The notes beneath the pieces are model-generated. The model was not told the DNA's origin, searched no databases, and saw only the letters and a program-made list of their open reading frames with translations. 64,000 nucleotides of DNA. It comes from a virus. Each line of letters opens with the position of its first letter. Position 1 is the first letter of the stretch. The stretch lies in the IMG/VR virus record IMGVR_UViG_3300025914_000009, positions 32,001 through 96,000 of that record; one strand, 5' to 3'. Both the position numbers and the translations under genes were made by a program. Positions 46,591 through 57,056 of the stretch are shown piece by piece.

Positions 46591-47157
46591 ATGTATACAA
46601 ATCATACAGGGGGAGCCAAAGGAGCAGATGCAACATGGAAGGAGCTAGGAAAACCCCATGGGGTGAATACGATAGACTGGAGACCTCATCATGTGGCCAG
46701 AATAGCTCTTGGGGATGAAAAGTATAATCAAATGATTGAGGCAGTAAAGTCAGCAGCTGAGGTACTTAAGAGACCATGGCAGTTTCCTGGAGACACACTT
46801 GTTCACAGAAACTATCTTCAGCCCCTTAATGCTCAGGCCATCTATGCAGTTTCTTATATCATAGCCCCAGGGGAAATAGACTTCAAAGGCTTTGAGAACA
46901 AGACTGGTAAGGAGATAGTAGCTGGAGGTACTGGTTGGGCTGTAGAAATGGCTATTCAGATGAAGAAGCCTGTGTATGTCTATGATATGAGTACTGATCA
47001 TTGGTATAAATGGGATAGTGCATTTGGTAGATTCTTTGAGCTTCCTGAAGCTCCTACTCTTACAACAATCTTTGCTGGTATAGGATCAAGATTTCTAACC
47101 CCTAAGGGGTATTCTGCAATTGATGATGTATACAAAAAAACTTTCAAGTATGAATGA
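46591..47157 (+). CDS. SLOG-superfamily (DprA/Smf-like) protein
   Basis: HTGGAKGAD, GGTGWAVEMA, FAGIGSR. Confidence 0.7.
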   Translation: MYTNHTGGAKGADATWKELGKPHGVNTIDWRPHHVARIALGDEKYNQMIEAVKSAAEVLKRPWQFPGDTLVHRNYLQPLNAQAIYAVSYIIAPGEIDFKGFENKTGKEIVAGGTGWAVEMAIQMKKPVYVYDMSTDHWYKWDSAFGRFFELPEAPTLTTIFAGIGSRFLTPKGYSAIDDVYKKTFKYE

Positions 47158-47364
47158 AATATTTCTGATTCAGCGGATTTGGATAGATTCTCTTGAAAAT
47201 CAATCAAGCAATGCAGTAGGATATGAACCTATAGGATGGTTGCCCACTGAAAAAGAAGCTCAGGATTTTGTTTCCAAAGGTAGGATGTTCACTCGTGCAG
47301 ATTGCTGGGCCATAGGTTATGTAGAGAAAGAGATGCCTCAATTCACCTATAAAAAGCTAACAAA

Positions 47365-48162
47365 GTGTACTACGTAATACAAGAAAACCTGTTCAGAGAA
47401 TATGGTTTCAAAGCACTCATAAGTCATTTAAATAAAATGAGAGAGAGAAAGGGAGAAGGTTGTGAACCAATCTATGATCCTGAACCTAATCATGAAATAG
47501 TTAAGTATATTCCCTTCTCTGAACACCTAGAGGTTAAAACCTCAAGAAAAGATGTATTCTTCTTTGGATCCACTAATGCTGGGCTAGTAGCCAGGAAGAA
47601 GTATGACTGGACTCCAGGTCATTTTATCAATGAGAACTTTACTATGGAGAAATACCTACCTGCCTTTGGAGAACACATGCTAAATTCTGATGGGAAGATT
47701 ATAGCAACTGACACTATTTTTACTGAGCCAGAGCATTTCTTTTGTAGACCCTTGGGGGATGGGAAAGAGTTCACAGGCCAATTATTTAATATAAAGCAAT
47801 GGTATGATTATGTATGGGATAATACCGATCTTTTAGAAAAGTGCCCAAATGTGCTTGTAGCTTCTCCAAAAACTACCCAACAGGAAATCAGGTGCTGGAT
47901 GATTGATGGTGAACCAGTTACCATCAGTCAGTACAAAATAGGTTCTCGTGGTAACTACTTAAATATGGATCACAATGATGAAGCTATTATCTTTGCTCGT
48001 AAAATGGCTAAGATCTTCCAACCTGCCAGGGCTTTCTGCCTTGATATATGCCTCTATAATGATGAGTACTACATCGTGGAGTTGGGGTGTATTAACCACT
48101 GTGGCTTTTACGATGCTAATATGGGTAAACTTATTGATGCGCTTGAAAAAATGAAATTCTGA
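47365..48162 (+). CDS. ATP-grasp domain protein
   Basis: FFCRP...KEFTG, EIRCW, FCLD, IVELGCINHCGFY. Confidence 0.75.
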   Translation: MYYVIQENLFREYGFKALISHLNKMRERKGEGCEPIYDPEPNHEIVKYIPFSEHLEVKTSRKDVFFFGSTNAGLVARKKYDWTPGHFINENFTMEKYLPAFGEHMLNSDGKIIATDTIFTEPEHFFCRPLGDGKEFTGQLFNIKQWYDYVWDNTDLLEKCPNVLVASPKTTQQEIRCWMIDGEPVTISQYKIGSRGNYLNMDHNDEAIIFARKMAKIFQPARAFCLDICLYNDEYYIVELGCINHCGFYDANMGKLIDALEKMKF

Positions 48163-48371
48163 TGAAAACAAAAAACTCCTATCTTGTTGAATATAAGATA
48201 GATAATGGTACACTTAGAAAAGAGGCTATAGATGTTGAGATAGAGGATGATATGTCAGCAGTCGATATAATGACATGTTTACAGAGAAAACTACACTATC
48301 AACCCGGAAATGTTTATATTTCACAAGTGTCATTACTTGCTTCTTTTCCAATTAACAAATAAAAATTATGT

Positions 48372-48788
48372 ATGACAGGAATTATAATCGGGAGATTTCA
48401 AGTACCTTTCCTCCATCCAGGGCACCTTCACCTGATCGCAACCTCAATAAGGGAATGCGATGAGACAATCATTTTGCTGGGTACCCCGGCTCCAACTGTT
48501 GAGTCTATAAATGATGAAAGAAATCCTTATGGACTCCCTTCCAGAATAAGGATGCTTCAACAGATCTTTCCTCAAGTGAAGATCCAAGTTTTATATGATT
48601 CCCCTACTGATGAGTTTTGGTCAATGGATGTGGATCATATAGCATCCAAGTATAAAAATCCAATCCTTTATCACTCCAGGGACAGCTTCAAAAATCACTA
48701 TGTGGGGAAGATTCCCCTAAAGGAAGTAGAAGAGGTGCCTGGGTTTTCGGGCACCAAACTAAGACAGCATGGAAGTATTCAAAGTTAA
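48372..48788 (+). CDS. NMN adenylyltransferase-like nucleotidyltransferase (NadM/NadR type)
   Basis: GRFQVPFLHPGH (HxGH), RNP, SGTKLR. Confidence 0.8.
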   Translation: MTGIIIGRFQVPFLHPGHLHLIATSIRECDETIILLGTPAPTVESINDERNPYGLPSRIRMLQQIFPQVKIQVLYDSPTDEFWSMDVDHIASKYKNPILYHSRDSFKNHYVGKIPLKEVEEVPGFSGTKLRQHGSIQS

Positions 48789-48834
48789 AGTACAGATAAA
48801 GTAGTTAGTGTTAAGGTTTGACAGCGAAATGGAA

Positions 48835-48935
48835 AGTCAGATAGCTCAGTTGGTTAGAGTACCTGCTAGGGCTTGATCGAAAGATCAACGAAGCTGCCGC
48901 ACAGGAGGTCAGGAGTTCGAATCTCCCTCTGACTT
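48835..48935 (+). ncRNA. tRNA-like RNA with enlarged anticodon arm capped by GAAA
   Basis: Acceptor AGTCAGA/TCTGACT, D arm GCTC-AGTTGGTTA-GAGT, insert TTGATC-GAAA-GATCAA, T arm with TTCGAAT. Confidence 0.75.
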
Positions 48936-49195
48936 CATGAAAAGAAGAAAGAAAGCTAGAGGTCTAAGGTACAAGTTAGATTACATAGCCTTCTGGAAAA
49001 CTAAAGGGATATATGGGCAAACTAGAATAGATCGCATGAGAGAAAGAAAAAGAAGAAGATTTGAAAAGTGGTTTGAAAGGAAGAAGCAGAGAAAATATGG
49101 CCCTTGGTGGCAGAATGGAAGAATGGTACAGTGGTGCGAATATCCAGAAGGTTCAATATGTGATTATCCTTGCAATGGTGATTGCTAGGATTGAT

Positions 49196-49253
49196 AGGGG
49201 GATAGCTCAGTGGTAGAGCATTCTTGTCGGAAGTTCGATTCTTCCTCCCCCTA
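49196..49253 (+). ncRNA. tRNA-like RNA with no anticodon arm
   Basis: AGGGGGA-TA-GCTC-AGTGGTA-GAGC-ATTCTTGTC-GGAAG-TTCGATT-CTTCC-TCCCCCT-A; ends 2 nt before the polB ATG. Confidence 0.8.
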
Positions 49254-49255
49254 CA

Positions 49256-51268
49256 ATGGATGTAGAAATCTATGATATAGAATGTTTAGCAGGAATGTTC
49301 CTGTATTGTGGGTTTAATCCCACAACTGAAACATGGGTAGAATTTGAGATTTCGGAGTACAGAAATGATCTTTTTGCGCTCTCAAAGCATCTACAGTCCC
49401 TAAGGGGTGTGTATGGCATATCCTATAATGGATTAAGCTATGATTGTCAGGTGCTGCAGTTTATTATGGATAATCATCAGAGATGGATTGACTATGATAA
49501 TATTAGAACCTTGAACATTATTAAAAAGTTCTCCAACAAGATTATTGACGATCAGAAGTATGATCTGTTTCCTCCCTATAGAGAAGAGGATATAGACAAT
49601 ACTCAGATAGATCTGCTAAAGATCCACCACTTCGACAATGAGAATAAGAGAACATCTTTGAAATGGCTAGAGTTCTCTATGGACTTCTACAACGTGGAAG
49701 AGATGCCTTATCATCACACTCAGGAGAAATTCACTCCTGATGAGATACAGGAGATTAAGGATTATTGTAGAAATGACGTAGAGGCTACTTATGAATTTTG
49801 GAAGTACACCATTGGGGAAATTGAACATGACGAGTATAAAGGCAAGAACAAAGTACAGGACAGGCTTGATCTGATTGAGGAGATGAAATTTCCTACCAAA
49901 GCTCTCTCATGGAGTGACGTTAAGATTGGTGATGAGATTAACAAGAAAGTGTATTGTGAGCTTACTAGCTTGACTACCAGACAGTTGTATGATCTTAAAA
50001 AGAAAAGGAAACCTACGAAGAGGTTCAATTATGGAGATTGTATACCAGATTATGTTACCTTTAGAACTAAACCCTTTCAGGAGTTCTTTGAGAAGATGAA
50101 AAAGGTGAGGGTAAATCTGGCTAAAAAAGAGGAATACCCTTTCAGTATCAATGGGTTACATCTGCTCATTGCTAAAGGAGGAATCCATTCCAGCGAAAAG
50201 AATAGGATAGTAATACCCAAATGGAATGAGATTCTGATGGATGCAGATATTGGTTCTCAATACCCCTGGTCTATCATTAAGAGAAAGTTATTTCCTTCCC
50301 ATTTGAGCACAGCATGGCTGGTAGGCTATGAGAGTACTTTTAAAAAGAGGATCAGCTATAAGAAGCTGGCTCAGAACCCAGACATTCCTAAGAGGGATAA
50401 AAGGAAATATAAAGGGCTCAGTGAGATGCTAAAGTTAGCCCTAAATGGAGGAGGTTTTGGTAAGACTAATGAGAAGAACTCATGGCAGTACGATCCTTTC
50501 GTGCAATTTAGCTGTACCATAGGTAATCAGTTTGAGATCCTAATGCTTATTGAAGATCTGCTAATAGCTGGTATTCAGACTATTAGTGCTAATACTGATG
50601 GTATAGTATGTTTATTTGACAAGAGTTTGGAAGAGACTTACTATAATACCTGCTACGCATGGGAAAAGAAGGTAGGAAACAATGAACAGGGTAAGCTGGA
50701 GTATACTCAGTACAGTAAAATGATTCAGGCTACTGTGAATGACTATCTGGCTATAAAGCTTGATGGAGAGGTGAAGAAGAAAGGTGACTTCCTTACCAGT
50801 TTTCCGGTAGAGAAGAATAAGAGTAGAAAGATTATCAATCTCGCACTGGAGAAGTGGTTTGTTAATGGTATTAGAGCAGGCATTACTATCAGACAGCATT
50901 TAAATATCTTTGATTTCTGTATAGGAGTAAAGGCTTCTAAACAATTCCATTATGAAACTATTGATAAAGAGGGGCAGAAAGAAGTGTTTGACAGAATGAT
51001 AAGGTATTATGTGTCTACAGATGGAAAGAAGCTACTAAAGATCAAGAATGAGAACTCAGAAGCTGATGGTAATGATGTAACACAATGTGAAGCAGGAGAG
51101 TGGAAGTGTACAGTGATAAACAAGGTAGATACCAATAAGCCTATAGCAGAGTATAATATCAACTATGATTATTATATAAACAAGGCTGAAGAGCGTATCT
51201 ATGCAATTGAAAAAGGAAGGAAAAGAAAAGGTGGAAGACCAGATCCTAACCAAACAACATTATTTTGA
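49256..51268 (+). CDS. Family B DNA polymerase
   Basis: Exo YDIE, YNGLSYD, YCRNDV; polymerase DIGSQYP, KLALNGGGFGK, NTDG. Confidence 0.9.
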   Translation: MDVEIYDIECLAGMFLYCGFNPTTETWVEFEISEYRNDLFALSKHLQSLRGVYGISYNGLSYDCQVLQFIMDNHQRWIDYDNIRTLNIIKKFSNKIIDDQKYDLFPPYREEDIDNTQIDLLKIHHFDNENKRTSLKWLEFSMDFYNVEEMPYHHTQEKFTPDEIQEIKDYCRNDVEATYEFWKYTIGEIEHDEYKGKNKVQDRLDLIEEMKFPTKALSWSDVKIGDEINKKVYCELTSLTTRQLYDLKKKRKPTKRFNYGDCIPDYVTFRTKPFQEFFEKMKKVRVNLAKKEEYPFSINGLHLLIAKGGIHSSEKNRIVIPKWNEILMDADIGSQYPWSIIKRKLFPSHLSTAWLVGYESTFKKRISYKKLAQNPDIPKRDKRKYKGLSEMLKLALNGGGFGKTNEKNSWQYDPFVQFSCTIGNQFEILMLIEDLLIAGIQTISANTDGIVCLFDKSLEETYYNTCYAWEKKVGNNEQGKLEYTQYSKMIQATVNDYLAIKLDGEVKKKGDFLTSFPVEKNKSRKIINLALEKWFVNGIRAGITIRQHLNIFDFCIGVKASKQFHYETIDKEGQKEVFDRMIRYYVSTDGKKLLKIKNENSEADGNDVTQCEAGEWKCTVINKVDTNKPIAEYNINYDYYINKAEERIYAIEKGRKRKGGRPDPNQTTLF

Positions 51269-51291
51269 TAACAAAGAAGTGGAGGTTTTAA

Positions 51292-51645
51292 ATGAAAGAG
51301 TTTAGGTTTTACACAAAAGGGGAAGGACATGAGCAAACCTGGTGGATTGATCTATGTGCATACATTGCCCAAGGGGGTAACCCAGCTGATTTACAAATGG
51401 TAGCAGGGGCTGATGATTTTCTTGATATATTGAGCGGAGAAAACATGGAAGATGAAGTAAAACTCCAGATCTCTGAACAGAAACAAAAAGGGTTCTATGA
51501 GCTCAAACGATGTGATGAGATACCTACTGTGTCTGGTAGGTACTATTTTGATGACATGTCAGACAATCTTATGTGGTTATGTCCAGTTATTATGTGGATA
51601 TTTGAAGGAAGGTATCCAGAAACTATTTACTATAAACCAATCTGA
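51292..51645 (+). CDS. Conserved hypothetical protein
   Basis: MVAGADDFLD...WLCPV...YPETIY. Confidence 0.7.
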   Translation: MKEFRFYTKGEGHEQTWWIDLCAYIAQGGNPADLQMVAGADDFLDILSGENMEDEVKLQISEQKQKGFYELKRCDEIPTVSGRYYFDDMSDNLMWLCPVIMWIFEGRYPETIYYKPI

Positions 51646-52273
51646 TATGAAGCCTCCATTCTATTCCTCGAAAGCATTTGTGAATTTACCAGGTTGTAAT
51701 TCCGATGCTTCGATTTTCTCCCAAATTGTCTTTTATTCAGATGATAGCTCAGGTTATGATGCTACTCTAAAGTTAAGAGACTGCGGGAACTCTATTCACT
51801 TCGCTGTTGGGTTAAACGATGAAGGGGATAGATCATATGAGAACAGCTTATTCAAAGTAGAAGCTCTTATTAAGGAGTTGGTAGCTTTCAGGGATGCTCT
51901 GGTTCAGGCTAAGAGCATTTATGATGAAAGAGCAAAGGTAGAAGAACTTGAGAGACAGCAATATATGAGTAAAAATGAAAATCATGAAATGGATCCAAGG
52001 CATAGCCATCCTCCTGATATCAGCAGTGTTAATTATTCCACTGATAATTCTGTTAGAGGATTGGAGGACTTACAGGCAGCAGTCAATGTTGTACCAAATC
52101 TTTAGTGATAATGAAGACTACAACACAGATAGTAGACGAAGAGTTTGAGTATCTTAGAGACAAAGCATATTTGGAAGCTGAGAAATATGAAAGAGAAACC
52201 AGACTTATGCAGGAGATCTTCGAAGTGGAGCACGCAAGAGTGGTATTAGGAAAAGTGAGAAAAACTCGCAAAA

Positions 52274-52945
52274 ATGTCCAATATGCAACAGTCTCAACAA
52301 GAGCAAAACGCCCAAGGTTTATCCGTGTTCAATCTTACCATAGAAGGATTCAGGCAGCTACAGACTTATGGAATAGATCTAAACCATCTATTCATACTGG
52401 AATGCCTTTCTGAAGGCACTGATGTAGAAAAGCACATGAGTTCTTCTAAGGTAGCAGCATGGAAACAAAATTTGTATAGGAAAAGCCTCATAACTGAAAA
52501 AGGAGAGGTTACTGTCTTAGGTAAAGAATTACTTGTAGCATTATCTTCTGCCAGACCCCCGGGGGAAGTAGTGAGGAAGATTAGGAAGGAGGTAGATGAG
52601 TTATTCGAGTTGTGGTGGAAAGCTTATCCTCCTACTGATATGTTTGAATACAAAGGTAGATCATTCAGTGGCTCAAGGGGTTTGAGGCAGAAAAAGGAGG
52701 ACTGTAAGAAGAAATTCAATGAGATCTTACTTGAGGGAGAGCATAGTGCTGAAGATCTTATAAGAGCTTTAGAGAGGGAAATCACTTTGAAAAAGGAGCA
52801 ATCTGTGAAAGACAATGAGAATAAGATGAAGTATATGCAGAATAGTGCAACATATCTTAACCAAAGAACATATGAGAATTTTATGTACCCTAAGGAAGGT
52901 TTTGTGATTGCTAAAATCACATCACCTGGAGCAGTGGACATCTAA
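52274..52945 (+). CDS. Putative replication-associated protein
   Basis: FELWWKAYPP...YMQNSATYLNQ resembles replication-initiator C-termini. Confidence 0.55.
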   Translation: MSNMQQSQQEQNAQGLSVFNLTIEGFRQLQTYGIDLNHLFILECLSEGTDVEKHMSSSKVAAWKQNLYRKSLITEKGEVTVLGKELLVALSSARPPGEVVRKIRKEVDELFELWWKAYPPTDMFEYKGRSFSGSRGLRQKKEDCKKKFNEILLEGEHSAEDLIRALEREITLKKEQSVKDNENKMKYMQNSATYLNQRTYENFMYPKEGFVIAKITSPGAVDI

Positions 52946-53099
52946 ACTCAGCTGAAAAAGGGATAATAGTAAGCATACCAACCCAGTATCCCTGCGAGAG
53001 TATAGGCTCAACACCCCGGAGGACTGCTTATACTGAAATATTCCTCTCGTAAATGAGAGGTCACAGTCCTGCCTGCTGTAGGTTGGTTTTTAACTAATT

Positions 53100-53261
53100 A
53101 AGATCTAAGGAGGATCGGATATCAACACTAAGATCACACCTGTCCCACGCTCCAATGGCTTAGTAGGAGAAGAGTCATTGCCCTGCAAGTTACGTTCAGA
53201 CTACTAGCTTGAGGCACGGATCAGGCTCAACCCTTTGAGATATCCCACCTCCTTAGGTCTT
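53100..53261 (+). ncRNA. Candidate rod-shaped ncRNA (~160 nt)
   Basis: AAGATCTAAGGAGG/CCTCCTTAGGTCTT and GGATATC/GATATCC terminal stems. Confidence 0.5.
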
Positions 53262-53405
53262 TAAATTTTGACCTATGAAAGGATTAGTTTTTATCTTAAT
53301 GTTACTATTTTGCGCGGTAACATTTCTTCCATTACTAGCCTTAATCATAGATGGATGTAGTTATGGGGAAGACAGTCTTATTTATAAAATGTATAAACAA
53401 ATCTA

Positions 53406-54089
53406 ATGAGTAATCTTGTCATCATTGTCCCTTCAAGAGGAAGACCTAGCTTGATGAAAAGGTTTCTGGATAGCTGGAAACTGACAACTCAGGGGAAATC
53501 TACCATAAGAATAGGGTTAGATGCTAATGACCCTAATCTAATGGATTACATTAAATCTGAACGAAATGTCTATAAGACAGTGTTTACCAGCCAATTAGAG
53601 TTAAATCAAAAGAATAATTTGCTAGCAATGAGTGAGATAGAAGATGGTGCTAATATAGTAGGTTTGTTGAGTGATGATTTTATATTCCATACACTGGGAT
53701 GGGAAGATAAGATCATTGAATGGCAGGATCAGAATAAGGGAATATGTTATGGAAATGACCTTTTACAGGGGGCTGCTTTACCAACAGCACCTTTTATTCA
53801 TGAAGATATTATTCTCCCTCTGGGGTATACAGCTCCTCCCATTCTAAAGCATTATTATATTGATAACTACTGGCTTGAGTTAGGTTTACGTCTTGAGAAG
53901 ATCAAATATCTTCCAGATATTGTAATAGAACATAGTCACTGGAGCAACAAAAAAGCAATTAAAGATCTAACTTACAGCCAGTCAGAGGCCCTAATGGGTG
54001 AAGATAAGAAAGCTTGGGATCACTACAGAGAAACTAAATTATCTAATGACGTACAAAAAATACAATTATGGCACAAAAAACTAAAGTAG
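53406..54089 (+). CDS. GT-A fold (family 2-like) glycosyltransferase
   Basis: IIVPSRGRP, SDD, HYYIDN, EHSH. Confidence 0.8.
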   Translation: MSNLVIIVPSRGRPSLMKRFLDSWKLTTQGKSTIRIGLDANDPNLMDYIKSERNVYKTVFTSQLELNQKNNLLAMSEIEDGANIVGLLSDDFIFHTLGWEDKIIEWQDQNKGICYGNDLLQGAALPTAPFIHEDIILPLGYTAPPILKHYYIDNYWLELGLRLEKIKYLPDIVIEHSHWSNKKAIKDLTYSQSEALMGEDKKAWDHYRETKLSNDVQKIQLWHKKLK

Positions 54090-54271
54090 AAGTGAAAGCA
54101 GGTTACAGCACTTGCACTCTATTATTTATCACTTTCCTGGTTCTCAAATTATGTGGAGTAATCAACTGGTCTTGGTGGTGGATAACTGCACCAATATGGG
54201 GGCCTCTTGCAATCATTGCTCTGCTAATGCTTATTGGACTTATTGGTATGATAGTTACAAAGAAAATCTAA
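54068..54271 (+). CDS. Small membrane protein
   Basis: FLVLKLCGVINWSWWWITAPIW. Confidence 0.7.
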   Translation: MAQKTKVEVKAGYSTCTLLFITFLVLKLCGVINWSWWWITAPIWGPLAIIALLMLIGLIGMIVTKKI

Positions 54272-54444
54272 TATGACAAATCTCGAAAAAGCAACCAGAG
54301 CTACTATCCTGCAGTTTGCTCTTGATAATATAGGGGCTACAGAGCTAAATCCTGTCAAGCAGGCAAGAGATCTGGGAGAGGCCCTCGAAGTAGAAATGGA
54401 TGATGGAGTAAAGAAGATAGTAACAATCAATGTAACAGATTCAG

Positions 54445-55527
54445 ATGAGTGATTTTGATGACTTAGCAGGAGAAGTTCAGAGTGGCATGGATGGTGCCAA
54501 TGCTGGTGTACCAATGGGGTTTCAGAGGCTGAACAATCACATAAGTATCAGAAAATCAACTAAGTATTTAATAGGAGGCTACACTGGTAGTGGCAAAACT
54601 GCTCTACTGGATGATGCCTTTGTGTTAAATCCACTAGATTGGTACATTAGGAATTATAGTACTACGAGAATAAGACTGAAGTTAGTTTACTTTTCTATGG
54701 AGAGAAGAAAGAACTTCAAGTTGGCTAAGTGGATTTCCAGAAAGATATTCATGGATCATGGAGTACTTATTCCTGTGACCAGGTTAATGGGTTGGTGCCC
54801 AAGGGATCAGAGGCTAACTCCTGATGAGCATGATCTGTTCCTAATGCACAGAGAGTATATTGAGGCTCTTATGGAAGTGATTATCATGATGGATTACCCA
54901 GAGAATCCCACAGGGATAAGGAAGTACATGAGGGAATTATATCTGAGGCACGGTAGGGAGGAACAGGTTACAGAGCATAAAAGGATATATATACCAAATG
55001 ATCCTAATTTGATTATCATGAAGATCAAAGATCACTCTGGTCTGATAAAGAAAGAGAGTGGTCTTGCTACTAAAAAAGATGTGATAGATAAAGCATCTGA
55101 AGATGATCGAATGGAAAGGGATTATTATGGGGGTTCTATAGTAGAGGTTTCTCAGTTCAATAGAGATATCTCAAGTCCCCTAAGGCTCAAATCAGGTGAT
55201 GTAGAGCCAATGCTTGAGGATTTTAAGGACACTGGAGCTACTCAGGAGGATTCAGATGTGGTTTTATCACTATTTGATCCTATGAGATATAAGGTTCCAG
55301 ACCCCTCAGGGTATGATCTATCCTTACTCCGCTCCAGAGATGGAATGAAGATGTATAGATCCTTAAAAATCCTGAAGAATTCCTATGGCTCAGATGATAT
55401 TAGGATAGGTCTTGCATTCCAACCTGTTGTAGGCATGTTTAAGGAAATGCCAAAGATAGGAGATATGACTCCAGAAGTCTATGAAACTATTTTGAACAAT
55501 ACGTTCTTTTTACCAGAAAACAGATAA
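54445..55527 (+). CDS. DnaB-like replicative helicase
   Basis: GGYTGSGKT, YFSME, SQFNR, EDFKDTG, ILKN. Confidence 0.88.
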   Translation: MSDFDDLAGEVQSGMDGANAGVPMGFQRLNNHISIRKSTKYLIGGYTGSGKTALLDDAFVLNPLDWYIRNYSTTRIRLKLVYFSMERRKNFKLAKWISRKIFMDHGVLIPVTRLMGWCPRDQRLTPDEHDLFLMHREYIEALMEVIIMMDYPENPTGIRKYMRELYLRHGREEQVTEHKRIYIPNDPNLIIMKIKDHSGLIKKESGLATKKDVIDKASEDDRMERDYYGGSIVEVSQFNRDISSPLRLKSGDVEPMLEDFKDTGATQEDSDVVLSLFDPMRYKVPDPSGYDLSLLRSRDGMKMYRSLKILKNSYGSDDIRIGLAFQPVVGMFKEMPKIGDMTPEVYETILNNTFFLPENR

Positions 55528-55528
55528 T

Positions 55529-56377
55529 ATGATTAAAACCATCAATTTGAACACAGGAGAGGGATATACTAAAACCGTATTCCCTGATTCTCAGCCTCAT
55601 ATTCACGTAGATGTAGCTTTGGAAGAGTACCTGGCCAGAGTAATAGTGTCTCTGGACTCCCCAGCAAAACTTCTTGAGCTATGTATGATATCTAGTGCTT
55701 TAGATCATCATAAGACTATCTCAAAGAGTGAGCTCCACATTACCTACTTATTGGGTGCCAGATCTGATAGAAATCATGATCTTCCCTTAGGGAGCAGCTT
55801 TGGTCTGAAAGTGATAGCAGATATCATTAATTCCCTTGAGTTCTTGGATGTATATCTCTATGATCCTCATTCAGATGTAGCCCCTGCTTTAATCAAAGGT
55901 TCAATTGTGGTTAATAATAGGGAGCTGGTGGAGGCTTATGATAAAAAGGATACAATTCTTATTGTTCCTGATGCAGGTGCTTCCAAAAAGGCACACAAAT
56001 ATGCTGAGTGGAATCCAAATATTAAAGAATCCATACAGTGTATAAAGCATAGAGACCTTTCTAATGGTAAAATAACTCTTGAAGTTCTTAACCCTGCAAC
56101 ATGTGCTGGGAGGCATTGTGTGATTATTGATGATATCTGTGATGGGGGTGGAACTTTCATTGCTATTGCTAAGCAGCTTAGAGATCAGGGATGGAATCCT
56201 CTTTCTATGACTCTCATAGTTACTCATGGGATTTTCTCCAAAGGATTTGAGCCACTGGAAGAGTATTTTGATGAGATAATATGCTCAGACTCACTAGGAG
56301 TATGGATACATACAGGTAAAGTCAAAATAAAACAAATAGCTTATGACCCAGACAAATATGGAATTAATGCAGGATGA
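55529..56377 (+). CDS. PRPP synthetase-like protein (Prs/Adps)
   Basis: FPDSQ, YLLGARSDR, DPHS, PDAGA, IIDDICDGGGTF, THGIFS. Confidence 0.9.
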   Translation: MIKTINLNTGEGYTKTVFPDSQPHIHVDVALEEYLARVIVSLDSPAKLLELCMISSALDHHKTISKSELHITYLLGARSDRNHDLPLGSSFGLKVIADIINSLEFLDVYLYDPHSDVAPALIKGSIVVNNRELVEAYDKKDTILIVPDAGASKKAHKYAEWNPNIKESIQCIKHRDLSNGKITLEVLNPATCAGRHCVIIDDICDGGGTFIAIAKQLRDQGWNPLSMTLIVTHGIFSKGFEPLEEYFDEIICSDSLGVWIHTGKVKIKQIAYDPDKYGINAG

Positions 56378-56786
56378 ATATCTAAGACCTGGGGCCTCTT
56401 ATAGCAGACTCATAATGGAATATTACAAGCACAAGAGCCTCTGTGTAGGTTTTGACTTTGATGGTACTGTTCATGATTATCATAATAATGGATCTACCTA
56501 TCATCTTGTAATTCAATTACTAAGGGATTTAAAGGAAATAGGTTGCACTATTATCTGCTGGACTGCTTACAAGGATCATGCTTATATAATGAGATTCCTT
56601 GAAGACAACAATATTCCTTTTGATGGAATAAATACAGATGGCATCAAACTCCCCTGGGAAAGCAGGAAACCATTCTTCAGTGCTCTTCTGGATGACAGGG
56701 CTGGTCTCATCCAGGTATATAATGACCTAAAAGACCTTGTGACAACAGTAAAAAGAGAAAAAAATGATAGACCAGAATGTGGTTGA
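56343..56786 (+). CDS. HAD-like phosphatase
   Basis: FDFDGT, CWTA, LLDDRAG. Confidence 0.8.
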   Translation: MTQTNMELMQDEYLRPGASYSRLIMEYYKHKSLCVGFDFDGTVHDYHNNGSTYHLVIQLLRDLKEIGCTIICWTAYKDHAYIMRFLEDNNIPFDGINTDGIKLPWESRKPFFSALLDDRAGLIQVYNDLKDLVTTVKREKNDRPECG

Positions 56787-57054
56787 TTACATGGTTGCTA
56801 ACAATGGCAACTATAACTACCGTAAAGCAGCAGAAGAGTTAATGGAACTAGCTTTAGTCTTAATACAGACAAGTAACAAGAAAATCTCAGGTGCTCCTGA
56901 TGAACAAGAGATTATAGACGAGATAGGAGATGTGGAGATCAGGATGGAAGTATTAAGAAGGCTATTTCCAAAGGACAAAATTGAGAAAAGGATCGAGTTT
57001 AAGATGGATAAATTCCGAGGTTACATAACAACTAAAAAGTATTCTAAATTTTAA
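56764..57054 (+). CDS. MazG-like nucleotide pyrophosphohydrolase
   Basis: EELMEL...DEIGDV. Confidence 0.7.
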   Translation: MIDQNVVDYMVANNGNYNYRKAAEELMELALVLIQTSNKKISGAPDEQEIIDEIGDVEIRMEVLRRLFPKDKIEKRIEFKMDKFRGYITTKKYSKF

Positions 57055-57056
57055 TT

